A stretch of 64,000 nucleotides of DNA from Lytechinus pictus. Its lineage: Eukaryota. Of this stretch, positions 1 to 14,100 are shown in pieces. A program made the position numbers and the translations under genes. Position 1 is the first letter of the stretch; each line of letters begins with the position of its first letter. Location: contig NC_087252.1 in the NCBI RefSeq assembly GCF_037042905.1, forward strand, positions 12,154,001 to 12,218,000. The letters run 5' to 3'. The notes beneath the pieces were generated by a model, which made no database searches, had not been told where the DNA came from, and saw nothing but the letters and a program-made list of their open reading frames with translations.

Positions 1-114
1 ACAAAAAAAAACAGACTTATCTAAACAACAGAATATAATTTACTAAACTGAGGAAAATGTCAGTAAAATCACTTTTGTTTTTGGTTTTCTGTTACATCAA
101 GTTTGTTAACATAC

Positions 115-3058
115 CGTGAACATTTAGGAATACAAAACACTGACGATCACTCTGGAGTGTTTGATGTGACGCAAAGCAGCTGATATGCTTTCCTTGATCA
201 TTCGCAGAGGGCGTAATGGTAACAACCTTCCGAGACGTGTAGCTGTTGCCCGTAACGACATTAGTCTGGTCTTGTTGGTTGGAAATAAGATCATCAGGTA
301 CAATCCAGTTAAGGACCGCAGGAGGCCCTGCTTGCGAAGCTGTACATGTATACACATTTGGCTCCCCGGCCATTACCGTTCGAGTATTGTTATCAGAGCA
401 GAGACGGCTTGATCTATCGGTAACTATGATTACTGTAGGCGAAGCTGTGAAAGAAGATAGAAAACTCATGAGGAGTGTAATATAATATCTATACACAATT
501 ATTCACAATTTAAATAGGTTCAATGTGTGTGGGGTGTGTGGGTTTATTGATTTCTTAGAAAGATGACCTTCATAATTCGAAAGCCAATTAACAGACGTTA
601 TTTCAACGACCGTTTCAGAAACAAATTTTGAATTGTATTTTTGGGTCACATTATAGGCACTGACGAAGAGTATGACCTTTTCTTTCATTTTTTAGAGCTA
701 CGCTCCTTTTAAAATCTATGATTTTATTTCTACGCCATATGCATTATTCATTATCTATTCTTGGAGTATGTTACATTTAATAACAGTACGTATATTTGTG
801 GATGTCGATAAAGCTTGAATCGAATTATGAATGAACACATTCCTAATATTGTAAATAAAAAGTATTTTCCTCATAAAACAAGTGTAATTGGTTACCAGTA
901 AACAAGTGAGATCGACGGTGTATATAAACAAAATAAGTATTGAATGATTTTTTTTAATTCTTTTCGCATTTTCTGTCATGATTGTTATGGTTGAGTGCTG
1001 ATGAATTTGTTAAGCTTTGTTTATTAGTTTGTTTCCTTTCTTAGCGTTCAGTTGAGCAGAGAGTGATCGCGTTTCACGTACTTAAGATATCGTACTGTAT
1101 TTCTAGTTTAAAATGTTATTGTTGAAATTGGGTTGACTTTAATTTGATTAATCAAAAATTAATCAAAAATCTGGAATAATTTACCACATTTTCTTCAAAA
1201 TCTACCTTCAATTAACTCCTTTAAGAGAATGTATAAAAAGCTCTTCCAATGTTAAAGGGGAGTGAAATCTTTGGAATAGGTAGGCTGGTGTCGAGGCGGA
1301 GGGGTCGAGGAGGCAGATCGGCGAGGGTTTGAGAGGGGTCGGACGGGCGGTGGGAGGGTTGTGGGCGTTTGAATGTTGCGATCACTGATGCTGTGGGGAT
1401 CCTCCCATTGGCGGTGCGACGGGGGTGTGTGGTGTCGCATGTTAACAGCTTTCCCTTTAATGGACTGTGAGATGCCGGCCCAGGGGAGAGTTGTTCGCAG
1501 GTGGCATCGCACATCTTTGTTGCGTCGCCGGTGTGGGGGTCTCCGTAGCGTTGGTGATCGCATTGTTCGGGTGCTCGTGGCCTTCTCATTGTTTGTCCGA
1601 TTTTTCCCGGGCTTTCGTTGGTCTGTTTCTTTGATTTTTCTGATTTCACACGGGCTATTTTTGTTCTAAGGGTTTCATTCTCCTCTAATACTTATCATAT
1701 GAAGCATCATTGTGAAAGGTTGGGTGGTGTTATCAGATTATCTTGCCGTGATTACTTAACTAGTTCGAACTGAATTCCATTTTTTAATGTCATAATATAA
1801 TTATTTACAGTATTTTGTTATCATATTTCAGTAGCTATGTAATCTCAGTTTTTCAATGTCTTAACATAATTATTTACAGTATTTTTTTTATCATATTTTA
1901 GTAGCTAAGTTTAAATATTTATATGTATTTTGCATCATGATATTATTGTAACTTTATATGTTTTTTATCCCTGTTAAATCAGGACATTGATGTAAAACAG
2001 CAATTTAGCTGATCTTTTTTTCCTGAATAAATATTTTCTAATAAATAAATAAATAAATAAATAAATTAATAGTTTTAAACAATTACTGCACCTGGTAGTA
2101 ATGGTGTTACGAGTATGCTCCTTGATACTGTAATGTACGGAAAGGCAGTTGGGCGAACAGAACATCTGTAATGGCCACCGTCGTCACCAACCAGTTGTTT
2201 TATCGTAAGATTAGCGCTGGAGTAGTCTGCCACCAAGCTGAACTTCCATTGGTCTAGAACAGTAAACCTACAGGACCGATTTTCCTGACAATCGCATGTT
2301 GCGAGCGATTCCCCATCCTTCTGCCACTTAATCTCCCTATTTCTGGCCTGTAGTGTGTACGTGCAGACCAATGTAAAATCTTTGCCAATGACTGGAAGAT
2401 ACTTGCCTCTGTTGATAGACACACCAAACCCTTCTGTTTCTGCGAGATTGAAAGACAATATTTTGGAAATGAAGATATTTCAGTTGGCGTCATTTCTCCA
2501 GAATTAATGCATTGAAAATAATTTGCTTTCAGTGAGTTTGCAAGGGGCAGCATTATGAATTATTCAATTGTTAATATAACTGCTCATTCAATCATTTTAT
2601 TTACTTTTATTTCCAATCTTTCTAATTTTTTATTTCATAATTCATTTCACTAGTTATTCATTACGTAACTGTAATAATGCATCATTTATTGATTAATTCA
2701 GGCCACGAGTATCTATTCAAAAGAAGGGGGTGTTGCTAATATCACCAGAAGCTCACCGTTTAATGACCAGGAATATTTTTGTCCCTTGTCCTCTTACGGA
2801 ATCGAAGGATTATGTTCTCCAAAATATGTCAGTAAGCCCCTTTGCATATGAAATATGAGCACATGAAGATGTGCTGTAATATAGTATTGTCATATAAAGG
2901 TACTTATAATGTACACACGATGAACCTTTTATAGATTACGGTGCTCGTTTAATCGTTAACGGAAAATGGGTCAAATATAGATATAGCAACGTAAACCTAC
3001 CATAACTGAGGAGCGTTAGAACAAAAACAACCACAGCATGTTCAAAAGCACTTGTCAT
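115..3058 (-). CDS. IgSF cassette A1: leader + V + C2-type Ig; continues off the window start. Nephrin/CADM-like Ig architecture
   Basis: Leader exon 3058-3001 (MTSAFEHAVVVFVLTLLSY, donor GTAGGT). V exon 2439-2092 (FTLVC..W..D-G-Y-C). C1 exon 444-115. All AG/GT bounded, phase 1, open. Confidence 0.85.
1150..2067 (+). mobile_element. Extremely 5'-truncated LINE: last ORF2 codons plus long 3' UTR
   Basis: KIWNNLPHFLQNLPSINSFKRMYKKLFQC* at ~1166-1255 resembles the ORF2 C-terminus IWNSLPPEIKESPSQNSFK of the 34-36 kb element. (TAAA)n tail at 2040-2065. Absent from the same intron in A2 and A4. Confidence 0.75.
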
Positions 3059-3443
3059 GATATCGAATCTGGCTGTACGAAGACTTGCTTTCAGAACGAC
3101 ATGAAATCCAACAATGGCAAATAAACTCTATAAAGTCAAACTTGTAGGGGACTCCCAGATGCTATACACTTTGGGGAAAAATCGCTGGTATTGTGTCAAA
3201 CGAGTGCTACTGGTTTCCTTCTCAACTCCTGATTCAGTTTCGCGATGTGCTATTTAACATTAATGAATAATATCTAGAGCATGCGTGGTCCTAGAGGTAG
3301 CCATTTCCTTTCGCAGCAGGATAGTACAGATTACTGCTAGTTCAAAATGCTCACGTTACACGTTGACAGCTGGCGCTGGTGATAAACTAATTTTTCAACA
3401 TTACAATCTGATATGAAGCACACACTAGAAATAATATTATCAT

Positions 3444-3601
3444 CAGGAGCCGCGGAAACGGGGGAGGGGCTGTGTGGACTTCAGCCCCCGCGCTTTTTCC
3501 AAAACCGTGTACAAAAACGTAAAAATAACCATCTGATTATTATTCTTTGCATGGTTGCCCCCCCCCCCCCCCCAACTTTCAAAACCCTTCCGCGGCCCCT
3601 G
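3444..3601. mobile_element. Short MITE-like inverted-repeat element upstream of the A1 leader
   Basis: CAGGAGCCGCGGAA ... TTCCGCGGCCCCTG termini with G/C runs, flanked by ATCAT. Confidence 0.65.
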
Positions 3602-4066
3602 ATCATTATCATTAGCAGTTTAAACTTCAAGGAATCAGATAGGTATCCATGTTTGAATTTCAATATTGGAAAGGAGATGGTTAGACTTTTAATGATCAAC
3701 GTCAATCGTGTTCTCGACATAAATAGTGAACTTAAAGCAACCTCTACATTGTTTTATATTCGTACTGTCAATGAATGTTACTGGGCAGTTCACATTCGGA
3801 GGGTGTGACAAAATAAGTCAAAACATATGAGCGGTAGTAGATGATGAAAATGGCGTACGAGGCACAGATTTTTTGATGGTCAGGGAAGAGCGACGCGAAC
3901 GAGCGAACGATAAATCGACCTTACAGAAACACAATTCCGAAGACATCCTCGATGTTTCCAAAACACATTGAAGGAATAATGATGACGATGAGATTTGTTC
4001 GACTACTTTCAATTGTCCATGCAGTTAAAGCACATTACGAAAGTACGACTTAAGTTGTCAACGGTC

Positions 4067-4078
4067 GAAAATGAAAGT
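4067..4078 (+). promoter_or_regulatory. IRF-E/ISRE-like motif upstream of A1
   Basis: GAAAATGAAAGT inside a block shared by all cassettes; also at 49038 (A3), with variant GAAAATGAATGT at 15975 (A2). Confidence 0.5.
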
Positions 4079-4359
4079 ACGATGTTATGTATATTAATTA
4101 TATTAAGTGTATTGCTGCATTTTAATGATCTGGCGACAGAGTGTGCTCTTTCTCTTATCCGATTTGAAGTTGAGGTTTGCTTGACCTACTAATAGCAAAC
4201 AATGGAGTTTGATGGCTTCCAGAGAACAGTCAGGACAAATACTCTTCAGGATGGGCTCCAAAACGTACACAATCATAGGTGCCTCATTGAAACTGTTCCA
4301 TAACACATTTATTGTGTGTACAGTTCACATTGATCCTAATCAACACCGCTAACTCTTAA

Positions 4360-4942
4360 AGGAGAATGAAACCCTTGAAACCAGCTGAATCCATATCAAA
4401 GAGAAAAATCAAAGGAACACATTGTTGAAAGTTTGAGGAAGATTGAATGAATAATAAGAAAGTTATGAGCATTTGAATATTGAGATCACTAGTGCCATGT
4501 AGATCCTCCCATCGGCAATGCGACCAAGATCTGTGATATCACACACGTACAACTCCCTCATTACTTTAGTACTTATTTCACTTATATTCTCACTTTTATA
4601 GAGTCTATCACAAGGTGAGGTGTTCTCTTTATGAGATGACAAGTACAGAGGTTTCACAACATTATATCATTGATGAATCGTTTGTCATATGATTAGAATG
4701 AGCAAAAAGAAATGTTTTGGGGTATATTTTCAGTGTCCAAATGGGAGAGTTGTACGTGTGTGACATCACAGATCTTGGTCGCATTGCCAATGGGAGGATC
4801 TCCATAGCATTAGTGATCTCGACATTCAAATGCTCATAACTCTTTTATTGCTAGTCCTATTTTACTCAAACTTTTGTTGATCTTATTTTTTGATTTTTCT
4901 GCTTTCACTATCGCTAACTTGCTCCAAGAGTTTCATTCTCCT
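4360..4942. mobile_element. Non-autonomous DNA transposon with TTAA target duplication (Kolobok-like)
   Basis: TTAA|AGGAGAATGAAAC ... GTTTCATTCTCCT|TTAA with long imperfect inverted arms. Paralogous empty sites (~26110, ~49292) have a single TTAA. Confidence 0.85.
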
Positions 4943-6017
4943 TTAACATGCCACTGTCGCCAATCGGCACTAAAAAATACACAACAAATTATCAACTTGT
5001 AACCAATCTGACAATTTGCGAGTTAGGTAACTCCTCGTCAGACCCCCCCCCCCACACACACACACACACAACTTTGGAATTACTTATTACATCATCTGCC
5101 ATTTAACTTACTAAGACCTTATTTACTGACTTCATCGCAGCTCCGTCTCAGAGGTCGATACCTTTACCTTTTAATACATGCGTTTGATTATATTAGGTCC
5201 TATAAAAAACATCGAGTATACTCCCAATCAATACAAAATTGCATTTGTCTATATTCACCGCCAATCTATTCTTCACTAACCTTTAGTTAAATGTAGCAAG
5301 ATCATCACTGAGGTTGTTAACAAGAGTGTTCACATGTTTTCTATGTGTATTTTAAAAATGGTACTTACTACTTGAGTCACTCTTGTCAACCCTCCTCATC
5401 CACAACAACAGACAAACCAGAATTATGAGACGGGTTTTATTTAAATATCCGTATTGTTTTTATTTTTTGCTGAATCAATCCAACAATAGAAAAATAGCGT
5501 TATATTACATCATATAGACATATACATAGACTATTGTTAAAATAAATATGCAACAACTGTATTGTTAACATTGATATACTGGTCATTTAATGTTATACAT
5601 TTTAATAAACATCTAATTTAACTCATCTGCCTAGTGCATAGAGGGTAAATTATTTATGGAAGTATTAATCCTCATTACAACTTTTGACTTGAGTCCTTGA
5701 AGTACTCAGAAAACAATATGAAGTCACATGTTTGGTTGGAACAATATTCAAGATTATAACAGCATGATTATTTTCCGTCAGAAAAGAAAAGAATTACTTT
5801 GAAAAGCATTCCTAAGAACTTTCATGCGTTTTGCCCCCCCCCCCCCCCCCCCCTCCCTGAAAAAAATACGGGTAGGACCATGATAAACCTTGCTTCAATC
5901 ATTAAAATAAGGCATTGTCGATTGGAAGTTTAGAAATTCATTGAAATTTCCTTGTCAACATTTGTTTCATTAACCAGGGTTTTTTGAAAAAAAAAAATCT
6001 GCCGATGTTTGTTTTCA

Positions 6018-9000
6018 TTACTGCCATCGTCCTGATCTAGACTTAAATGATATATTTAATACCCTTGTCTTATTCAAGGACTGTGACGTGGTTAAGTGGT
6101 CAGTCCTATTTGGTATGAGGATCAGAGTGCTTTCAGCATCATATCGATCAGCGCTGTTGATGGATGTCCTCACAGATGAATGACCTGTGACGTTCCTTTA
6201 CCCGATATACTAGTGGATGAGAGGAACAGGGTATCCATTAAGAGCTGTACATGTTACGTTGGTCTCACAGCTTTCGAGCATATCATCACGGACAATCATT
6301 ACAACATTGTCTGGTAGACTTTCAGACAAACATTAAAAAAAAAAAAAATATTGGTAATAGTCAATCTTCAGCTGTGGAATTAAGCATTTTTTTTTTACAT
6401 AGCCCGGACAATATACTGGAAATCGAACAAAATAATTTTAAATCATCACTAACAACAACAATGATTTTATTTATTAAAAAACACATGAGTAGCTATCTTT
6501 TAATTCTTTTCAGGTTTTGTTAGGTTATTCTAGATGAATTTTCATTGATGATCTTTTACCAGTTCTACCGTTAAAAATATTGACTCTAGGTTCTAAAGTT
6601 ATTGAGGGAAACAACTCACCGTAAACAAATAGTCTAACTGGCAGTACTTTAACAAAGAAAGCATCGTCCATATACAATGAACATAAAATGTGCATTCCAT
6701 GGTTAATGGCATCCGGTCTTATGGTTATGGTACTTTCAGTGTCAAACAAAGTGTCGTCTAAAACACTCCTATTGCTTGAGACATTTGCATGGATCCAAGG
6801 CCTGTCAAAGTCACCAACGAACCAAAATGATAGCTCAGTTGCTGGAAATGACCCAATACTTTTACATGTGATTGAAGTCGGTGAATCTTCTTGAACGTAT
6901 AGGACTGTTGATGGTGACTGGTTACCTTCAGTTAGAAAGAGCAACACACTGGAAGGAAGGACTGTAGGTATGGCAAACCAGAGAAGAATCGTAAGAGAAA
7001 GTAGTAGAATAAAGAAGGAAGCATAGTATGATTATGAGGACAGACCCTTTATGGAAAGCAGTTTTGTAACTTAATACCGCCTGTAAATAAACAAGAAATG
7101 ATCTCAATAAAAAAGTAAGAAATTACGAAAATCGTGTTCACTGCGGAATGATGCTTGAAAACAACTGGTTCGTCATTACGTAGATATGCATGTAAATAGA
7201 TTGAGATGGAGCTGAAATCGACGTAAAGTGTCAGCATACTTTTTCCAATGTTTAAGCTATTGTGGATGAATTGAGTGATACAACATTTTGCAAGGACTGA
7301 AAATCTAGGATTGATATCAATACGTGTACACGTAATGATTCCCTGAATGATACATACCATGAACATTCAGAAGAACTGAGGATCTAAGACTCCCTTGTAT
7401 TTCCGGGTGTGATAAGATGCAGCTGAGACTCTTTTCGTGGTCAACTCTGGTGGGTGTGATTGTCAAAGTTTTCCGGGAGATGTAAGATCCGTCTTGAATG
7501 ACATCAGATTGATCCTGATGAACAACGGTCACGTCCTCTGGTATTAGCCATTGCAGTACTGCGGGAGGCCTTGCCCTATTTGCTCCACATGTGATGCTAA
7601 ACGACTCTCCAGCATTTATGCTTATATTGGCGTTGTTCAAGTATTGCCGGCCCGAGTGGACGTCAGACATGAAAACCCGTGAAGGCGGAACTGGAGAAAA
7701 ACACAGTACATTAGAAATAAAAACCCTCATCCCAATAGTTCCTTACCATTTCAGTTTTTTTAATGATTAATCACTGAATGATTTTCTTGTTGGCGAGTAT
7801 GAACTCATGCCAAATTGTCAATGGGCTACATAAACAAATAAATAATAAAATGTAATAAAACAGTCATAATATCTTTTATATTATGTATAACCTTGCCACA
7901 TACATGTATGCCCCGTCAATTACAAAATTATTTGTATTCATATTTATTAACTTCTTACAAATAACACGTGGGAAGGAACCCGTCATATGAAATGATACAG
8001 AAAGCAGGAGGGGACGGGGGTTACCTACAGCTAAAAATATCTACAATCTAATCACCTTTCACATGTTTGGCGAACAAAAAGTATCGTCGATAGAATATTG
8101 CAGTTTGATCATGGGCCTTTTTACGCGTTAATCTTGGATTCGTCTTTATAATCACCGGAACTTTTACAAGGAAAATTCGTACCGTAATTTGGATGAAATT
8201 TTAATGGAAGTTACCTCTGCAGTAGAATTTAACTTCGTGATTGTGATTAGCGTTCGTGATTCTAGTTTGGTTTCACACGTGTTAAAAAATCGTCATTACC
8301 CTTGTTTTTTATTTTTTTATTTAAACTGTTTGTAACTGCGAATAGTCGCGAGCTCTAGGTAAAATGGGCTAGGGCTTTCTTTACGATGTCTTTTCAGTGG
8401 ATAAGAATGATGGCACAATATTGGATGAGTAGGCCTACGTATTCGTAGATTTAATTTTATGTTATCGTGCTCATTGTGGTTAAAGCAAATACTTCATAGA
8501 GATGGGGAGTTTATCTGTCTGTAAGAACATGTTCATGATTTAGAAATTGCTAAATTTAAAATGATGTTATGCGTCGCAAAATAGCGTGCGTGCTAAAAAA
8601 GAATATCTTATCTAGGTGGATTGAAATGTCACCTATGCTGTCAAACCTCCCATTTGTTCTTACTTTGACTTAGTACTTCCAGTATTTCAGTCGCTGAACG
8701 TTCTCCATGTAGGTTATGCACATTGCATGTGTATCTCCCATTGTCACCAGTGTTCAAATCAATTATTGTAAGGGATGTGCTGCGGTCATCTCCCAATAAC
8801 TTGTACTTTGAAGGATTAGAAATATTAGGTGTACATTCACTCGCAGTTGTGCACCACTCAGACGCAATTCGTGTTTCTGCGTGTTTCCACTTGACAGTGC
8901 GAACATTCGAAGGAGGGAAATAGGTGCACTCCATCGTAAAATCTTCTCCTTTGACAGGTAGGAACTGCCTTGGTTGAAAAGAAATCGTGGCTGTAGACAT

Positions 9001-9610
9001 GGTAGAGGGGGAGCCTGCAAATGGATTGTGTAGGAATATTGTCAATTATTAGTGATAGCAGAAGTATTGCTTCTTCATAGTACTATACAGGGTGGGCATC
9101 TATTTGAGACTCTCAAGAGGTGAAAAGTTGCCTTGATTTTTTACTCAAACATGTCAAAAGGGTTCAAAATTGCACTTGTTCAAGTTTTTCTGCAGGTTGT
9201 ATCATTTTGGGAAGGATAACACCCTTCGTGCACCTTAAATGCGTAACACAGTACATGGTCTTTAGATGGATATATGCACAGGAAGTGCATTCCGAGACAG
9301 ACGTGAACAACGCAATTAAGTGAAAGAAAATATTTTTCTGATCTTGCTGATGGCAAGCATGAATGGGAAAACGTGTTTTTTGTCGGCAGTCTGCTTTGAC
9401 CTTAAGCTCATTAAAAATAATCAAATAGTAACGGAAGAAGTCATACTTTCTATTTTCTTAGTTTTATTAACAGCCTACCTTTACAAAGAGAAGGAAAAAA
9501 AACGCTACAAACCAATATGTATAGATTCAATTTTATTCAAATTTAATCAAATTCGACATACCTTTGCCAAAAACAAGAAGAGCAAACATGCACCAAATAT
9601 GGTACGCCAT
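6018..9610 (-). CDS. IgSF cassette B1: L-V-C-C intact, C3 exon disabled
   Basis: Leader 9610-9562 (MAYHIWCMFALLVFGK, donor GTATGT); V 9014-8664; C1 7690-7358; C2 6961-6620. C3 (~6320-6018) has an altered acceptor, stops at 6212-6210 and 6200-6198, and an internal deletion removing the second Cys. Confidence 0.85.
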
Positions 9611-9852
9611 TTGAGATCAGAGTGGTAGTATCCAATCCAATAATCCTGGTAACAAAGAAACATTCAATATCAAAATTTAAGATAGTTGCAGTCGGTGAGA
9701 CAAATTGTTTTTAAGACATTTCTGACGTGTCTCAAACACATTGATGTAATAATGGTGACGGTGAGATTTATTCGCTTACTTTCGCTAGCCTATGCCGTTA
9801 AGCACATTTCAAAAGTACATGTACGACTTAATGTCTTAGGTTGTCAGTGGTC

Positions 9853-9864
9853 GAAAATGAAAGT
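9853..9864 (+). promoter_or_regulatory. IRF-E/ISRE-like motif ~240 bp upstream of the B1 ATG
   Basis: GAAAATGAAAGT; identical at 31175, 41179, 55316 and 60759, with variant GAAACTGAAAAT at 25544. Confidence 0.55.
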
Positions 9865-10244
9865 ACGATATTTCATATATCAAATATATAGCTGCATTTG
9901 TTCGGACGATAGAGTGTGCTCTTTCCCATAGCCGGTTTGATGTCGAGGTTGCTTAACCGAGCATACAATGGATTGGAAGGTGTCCAGAGAACTGTCATGA
10001 CACATACGCTTCGGGGAGACCTTAGGCAAGGACATCATCGCACCGCCATCTTAGAGGGCTTTGCCTTACATGCCTTGTTGATCTTCAACTGACGCAAACC
10101 GTAAAACCAACCATTGTTTGAATGTTTGACACATGCGATTCTTATGAGATGACTTTGATAAATTTTAGAAAGGATCTCATTCAATTTACTTCAATTTTTC
10201 TATCAAAACATTTTTATGCATTTTGGTGACCCCTGAAAGTTAGA

Positions 10245-11110
10245 TCAGGGGAAGTCACATCTACCCATGTGTTAGCTAAACGTCTAATATATATATATTT
10301 TTTTTTTATTCCTACCGAATTAACTAATTTCTACAACTTGCTGGCTGTGATGGCTTCCAGTACCAGCAAAGAAAAAAAAAGAAGAATAGGGGGACATTAT
10401 GATGAGATCTGGATATACGATATAGATTAAAAACCAAGCAGAAGTTACTGCAGACAACTTGAAAATCCTTTTTGCCGTCCATGCGCTACAATAAATCACT
10501 AAAAAAACATGAGAGATAAAGAATATCCAGAATTTAACCTCCGACTGCAGGAACAATTTGGTTAAGAAACAACACAAGATCGAAGATTCAGAAGCACATT
10601 CTATAAACCGTTGAATGTACGATCGCGACCGAGGCCTCGATAAGTAAGCATCGCCAGGCAGTCAATGATGACTTTGAGGTTGCTTCCAAGGAGGAGTTAA
10701 TTGTCCACGGGACAAAGAGAATAGAATGATCAAAGTGATCAACGATGAAGCTGAGCCGGAAATCTCTACTACAAGAGGTAAAAGGAAAGAACGTGTCGAC
10801 GTATGGAAGGTTGAAACAGCAAAGCAAGAAAAATCAACGAAAACCGAGAAAAATTCTTCTTTAAGATGTGATGACAATTATAGAAATCATTTCAAAAAGG
10901 ATTACGGATCTTACTAGCCGAACTATTCATGAAATTGATACAATGAAGAATATTCAATCGACTATCATACAAATAACAAAACGAGAGAAAACATCGGTGA
11001 TTCGAACTCTTCAGGTACTAACATTTTCTGACGAAACATCTTTGAACGTGCATTAAGACGCTGGCCACATTCTTTGTGGAATTAAGGGAGTGAAGTATGT
11101 AGAGGGTGAC
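10245..11110 (+). pseudogene. Decayed B-box/coiled-coil (TRIM-like) gene copy, 3'-truncated
   Basis: Homologous to 61150-62030 and 41580-43440. Charged helical segment IKVINDEAEPEISTTRGKRKERVDVWK; many stops and frameshifts. Confidence 0.5.
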
Positions 11111-11191
11111 TTAAATTAATTAAATAAATTAATAGCTGATTCGACCTACCGACCTTATTTCTGCATGTCCAGCTCTCATGCACTTAGGTTC

Positions 11192-14100
11192 TCAGGCAGC
11201 GAGGATAGTCGAATATGTCGTCCGGTGTTGATTGACGATGAACCAAGAAGGTGAATCGGGTCTAACTGCAGTGTAAAGTTAATTAATTTAAAAATAATTG
11301 ATTGTTAGCTAAGTAGTAAATTATCTAAGTAACTTTATAGACACAACAGGTAGGTGATATTCATCTCATTAACGAAGTTCAATTACAAATCAATTCAAAA
11401 GACGATATCTCAGCTGGCCCAGAAACATTTCTGTTGTGCATAAATAAGCTATAGATATTAACAAAATCTACCAATTCACCGAAAAGAGACTAGTACACAA
11501 AGGTTGCAAACATATCCTAAAATTCTGCATCACTCTATGGAGTTCCTTGCTTGAGAACTATAATTGGAAAACATCGAAAATCATATTGATATGATACTGA
11601 ATAAATAGGCACCTGTTATGTTTAAAACCATGCTATCATTCACAGACCAGTTGGTGGATAATGTAGGTAGAACTGCAAGGCATAGGAGATGTTTCCCATG
11701 GTCCAACCTCTTTGGTATGAAAGTCAATGTGCTTTCAACATCATATCGACCTGCATCATTTTCAGTAATATTCAGAGATGAAAGACCTGTCATATTTCTT
11801 GATCATATGTACCAGTAAATGCGAGGAGATGGGTACCCATTGGCAGCCTTGCAGATCACGGTGACTTTTATCCCTTCTTTTAATTCAGCAAGGAAAGTCA
11901 TAACGACCTCATCCGGGGGTGCTGTAGCATGTTACGAGAAATGCCAAAAGCGAAACGTACTATTAAAGCATCAAAATCAATAGCGGACATGAGTGATCTG
12001 CTTGATGAAGCTTTATTGTTACAAGAAAATAATCATGTCGGCCTTATCAATTACCATATCTTACTTTCCCAAACGCCAATTTTAGAAGATCATAATCATT
12101 CTAGAAGATCAACCACAATGAAAAGACATCCAATTGTGATATCAACGAATACCACACACACACCTCCCTGGTTATACAGCTTACCAACGTTTTAGTAACT
12201 AACAGCCCCTGACACGTCTATAAAATTCTAACAGAGACATGCATATCATGCATAAAGAAATTAAATATGCACTTACCATAGGTTGATATTGTAACAAACT
12301 GTCGTTCGACAAAATCTTCACCTAGATATACAAAGCACCAGAGAATCAAACCTTGATACTTCCTATACAGATGCAACTTGTAAGTACCAAAGGTATCAAA
12401 CAGACTGTCGTCTACAGGATTTTGAATCTTCGACAGACTAATACTTCCAGGAGGAATATCAGGGTCGTCAATTCTCCACGTCAGTTCAACTGCCGGTCGT
12501 GATCCAAAACTTTGACAGCTGATCGAAGCCGAGGAACCTTCTTGAACGTAAATAACTGTTGGTGATGTCTGGTAGTCTTTTCCATTTCCAGATTGAAAGA
12601 TTGTCGTGTTAGATGGAAGAACTTTATAGGAAAGGTGAAATAAAGATGGAAGAATTTGCGATATATTATATGTCAATTTAAACAGTTTGTGCTTAAAACA
12701 AATACCCTTTTATGTCTTGTGTAATGACGGATACATGATATGGGTTAGATTTTATAGGAGAACATTTATTGGATTTCAAAAAAATACTGACTTATTCAAA
12801 CAGGAGAATATCATTCGCTAAACTGAGGAAAATGTCATGAAAATTACTTTTGTTTTTAGTTTTCTTTTTCATCAATTTCGTTAACATACCGTGAACATTT
12901 AGGTAAACAATGCACTGACGATCACTCTGGAGTGTTTGATGTGACACAAAGCAGCTGATATACCTTCCTTGATCACTCGCGGAGGGCGTGATGGTAACAA
13001 CCTTCCGAGATGTGTAGCTGTTGCCTTTAACGACATCAGTCTGATCTTGTTGGTTGGAAATTAGATCATATGGTACAATCCAGTTAAGGATTGCAGGAGG
13101 CCTTGCTTGCGATGCTGTACATGTTAGCACATTTGGCTCCCGGGCTATTACCGTTCTAGTGGTTTTATCGGAGCAAAGACGGCTTGATCTATCGGTAACT
13201 ATGATTACTGTAGGCGAAGCTGGTGAAAGAAGATAAAAAAATCATGAGGAGTGTACATTAACAGCTATACACAATTATTTACAATTTAGATAGGTTCAAT
13301 GTGTGTAGGTGTGTGTGGCTTTATTGATTTCTTAGAAAGATGAGCTTCCCAATCCAGATGGCCATGAACAGACGAGTTTTCAACGACTTGTTCAGAAACA
13401 AATTTATGAATTATATTTTTTGTCACATCATGGGCACTGACGAAGAGTGTGACTTTTTCTTTCATTTTTTGAGAGCTACGCTCCTTTTAAAATCTACGAT
13501 TTTATTTCTACGTCATATGTAATATTCATTATCTATTCTTGGAGTATGCTAATTAAATAAAAGTACGTATATTTGTGAATGTCGATAAAACTTGAATCGA
13601 ATAAATGAATGAACACATTCCTAATATTGCAAAAAAAAAATATTTCATGGCTGTTATGGTTGTGTGTTGATGAATTTGTTTAGCTTTCTTTGTTAGTTTG
13701 TTTCCTTTCTGAGCCTTCGGTTGAGCAGAGAGTAATCGCGTTTCACATACTTCAGTAATCTGCATGTTTAATTATTTTCTAAATATAACCATGATGAAAT
13801 ATCGTACTGTGCACTATTTCTAGTCCAATGATTACATTGTCTAATTTGGTTGACTTGAATTTGATTATTAGTTTTAAACAATCACTGCACCTGGTAGTAA
13901 TGGCGTTACGTGCATGCTCCTTGATACTGTATTGTAGGGTAAGGCAGTTAGGCGAACAGAACATTTGTAATGGCCGCCGTCGTCACCAACCAGCTGTTTT
14001 ATCGTAAGATTAGCGCTGGAGTCGTCTGCCAACAAGCTGAATTTCCTTTGGTCTAGAACAGTAAACCTACAGGACCGATCTTCCCTACAATCACATGTTG

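Noticed and set aside
1221..1669. GC-rich overlapping ORFs of 98-142 aa
   Set aside because: They lie in the 3' UTR of a truncated LINE that is absent from paralogous introns, and show no recognisable domain.
6688..6894. Plus-strand ORFs antisense to Ig exons (e.g. MCIPWLMASG..)
   Set aside because: These are shadow frames of the minus-strand Ig exons.
9686..9931. Recurrent plus-strand ORF MQSVRQIVFKTF.. (also at 31008, 41012, 60610)
   Set aside because: It has a non-ATG start, overlaps the shared upstream block, and is not kept in A or B' copies. Recent duplication explains the recurrence.
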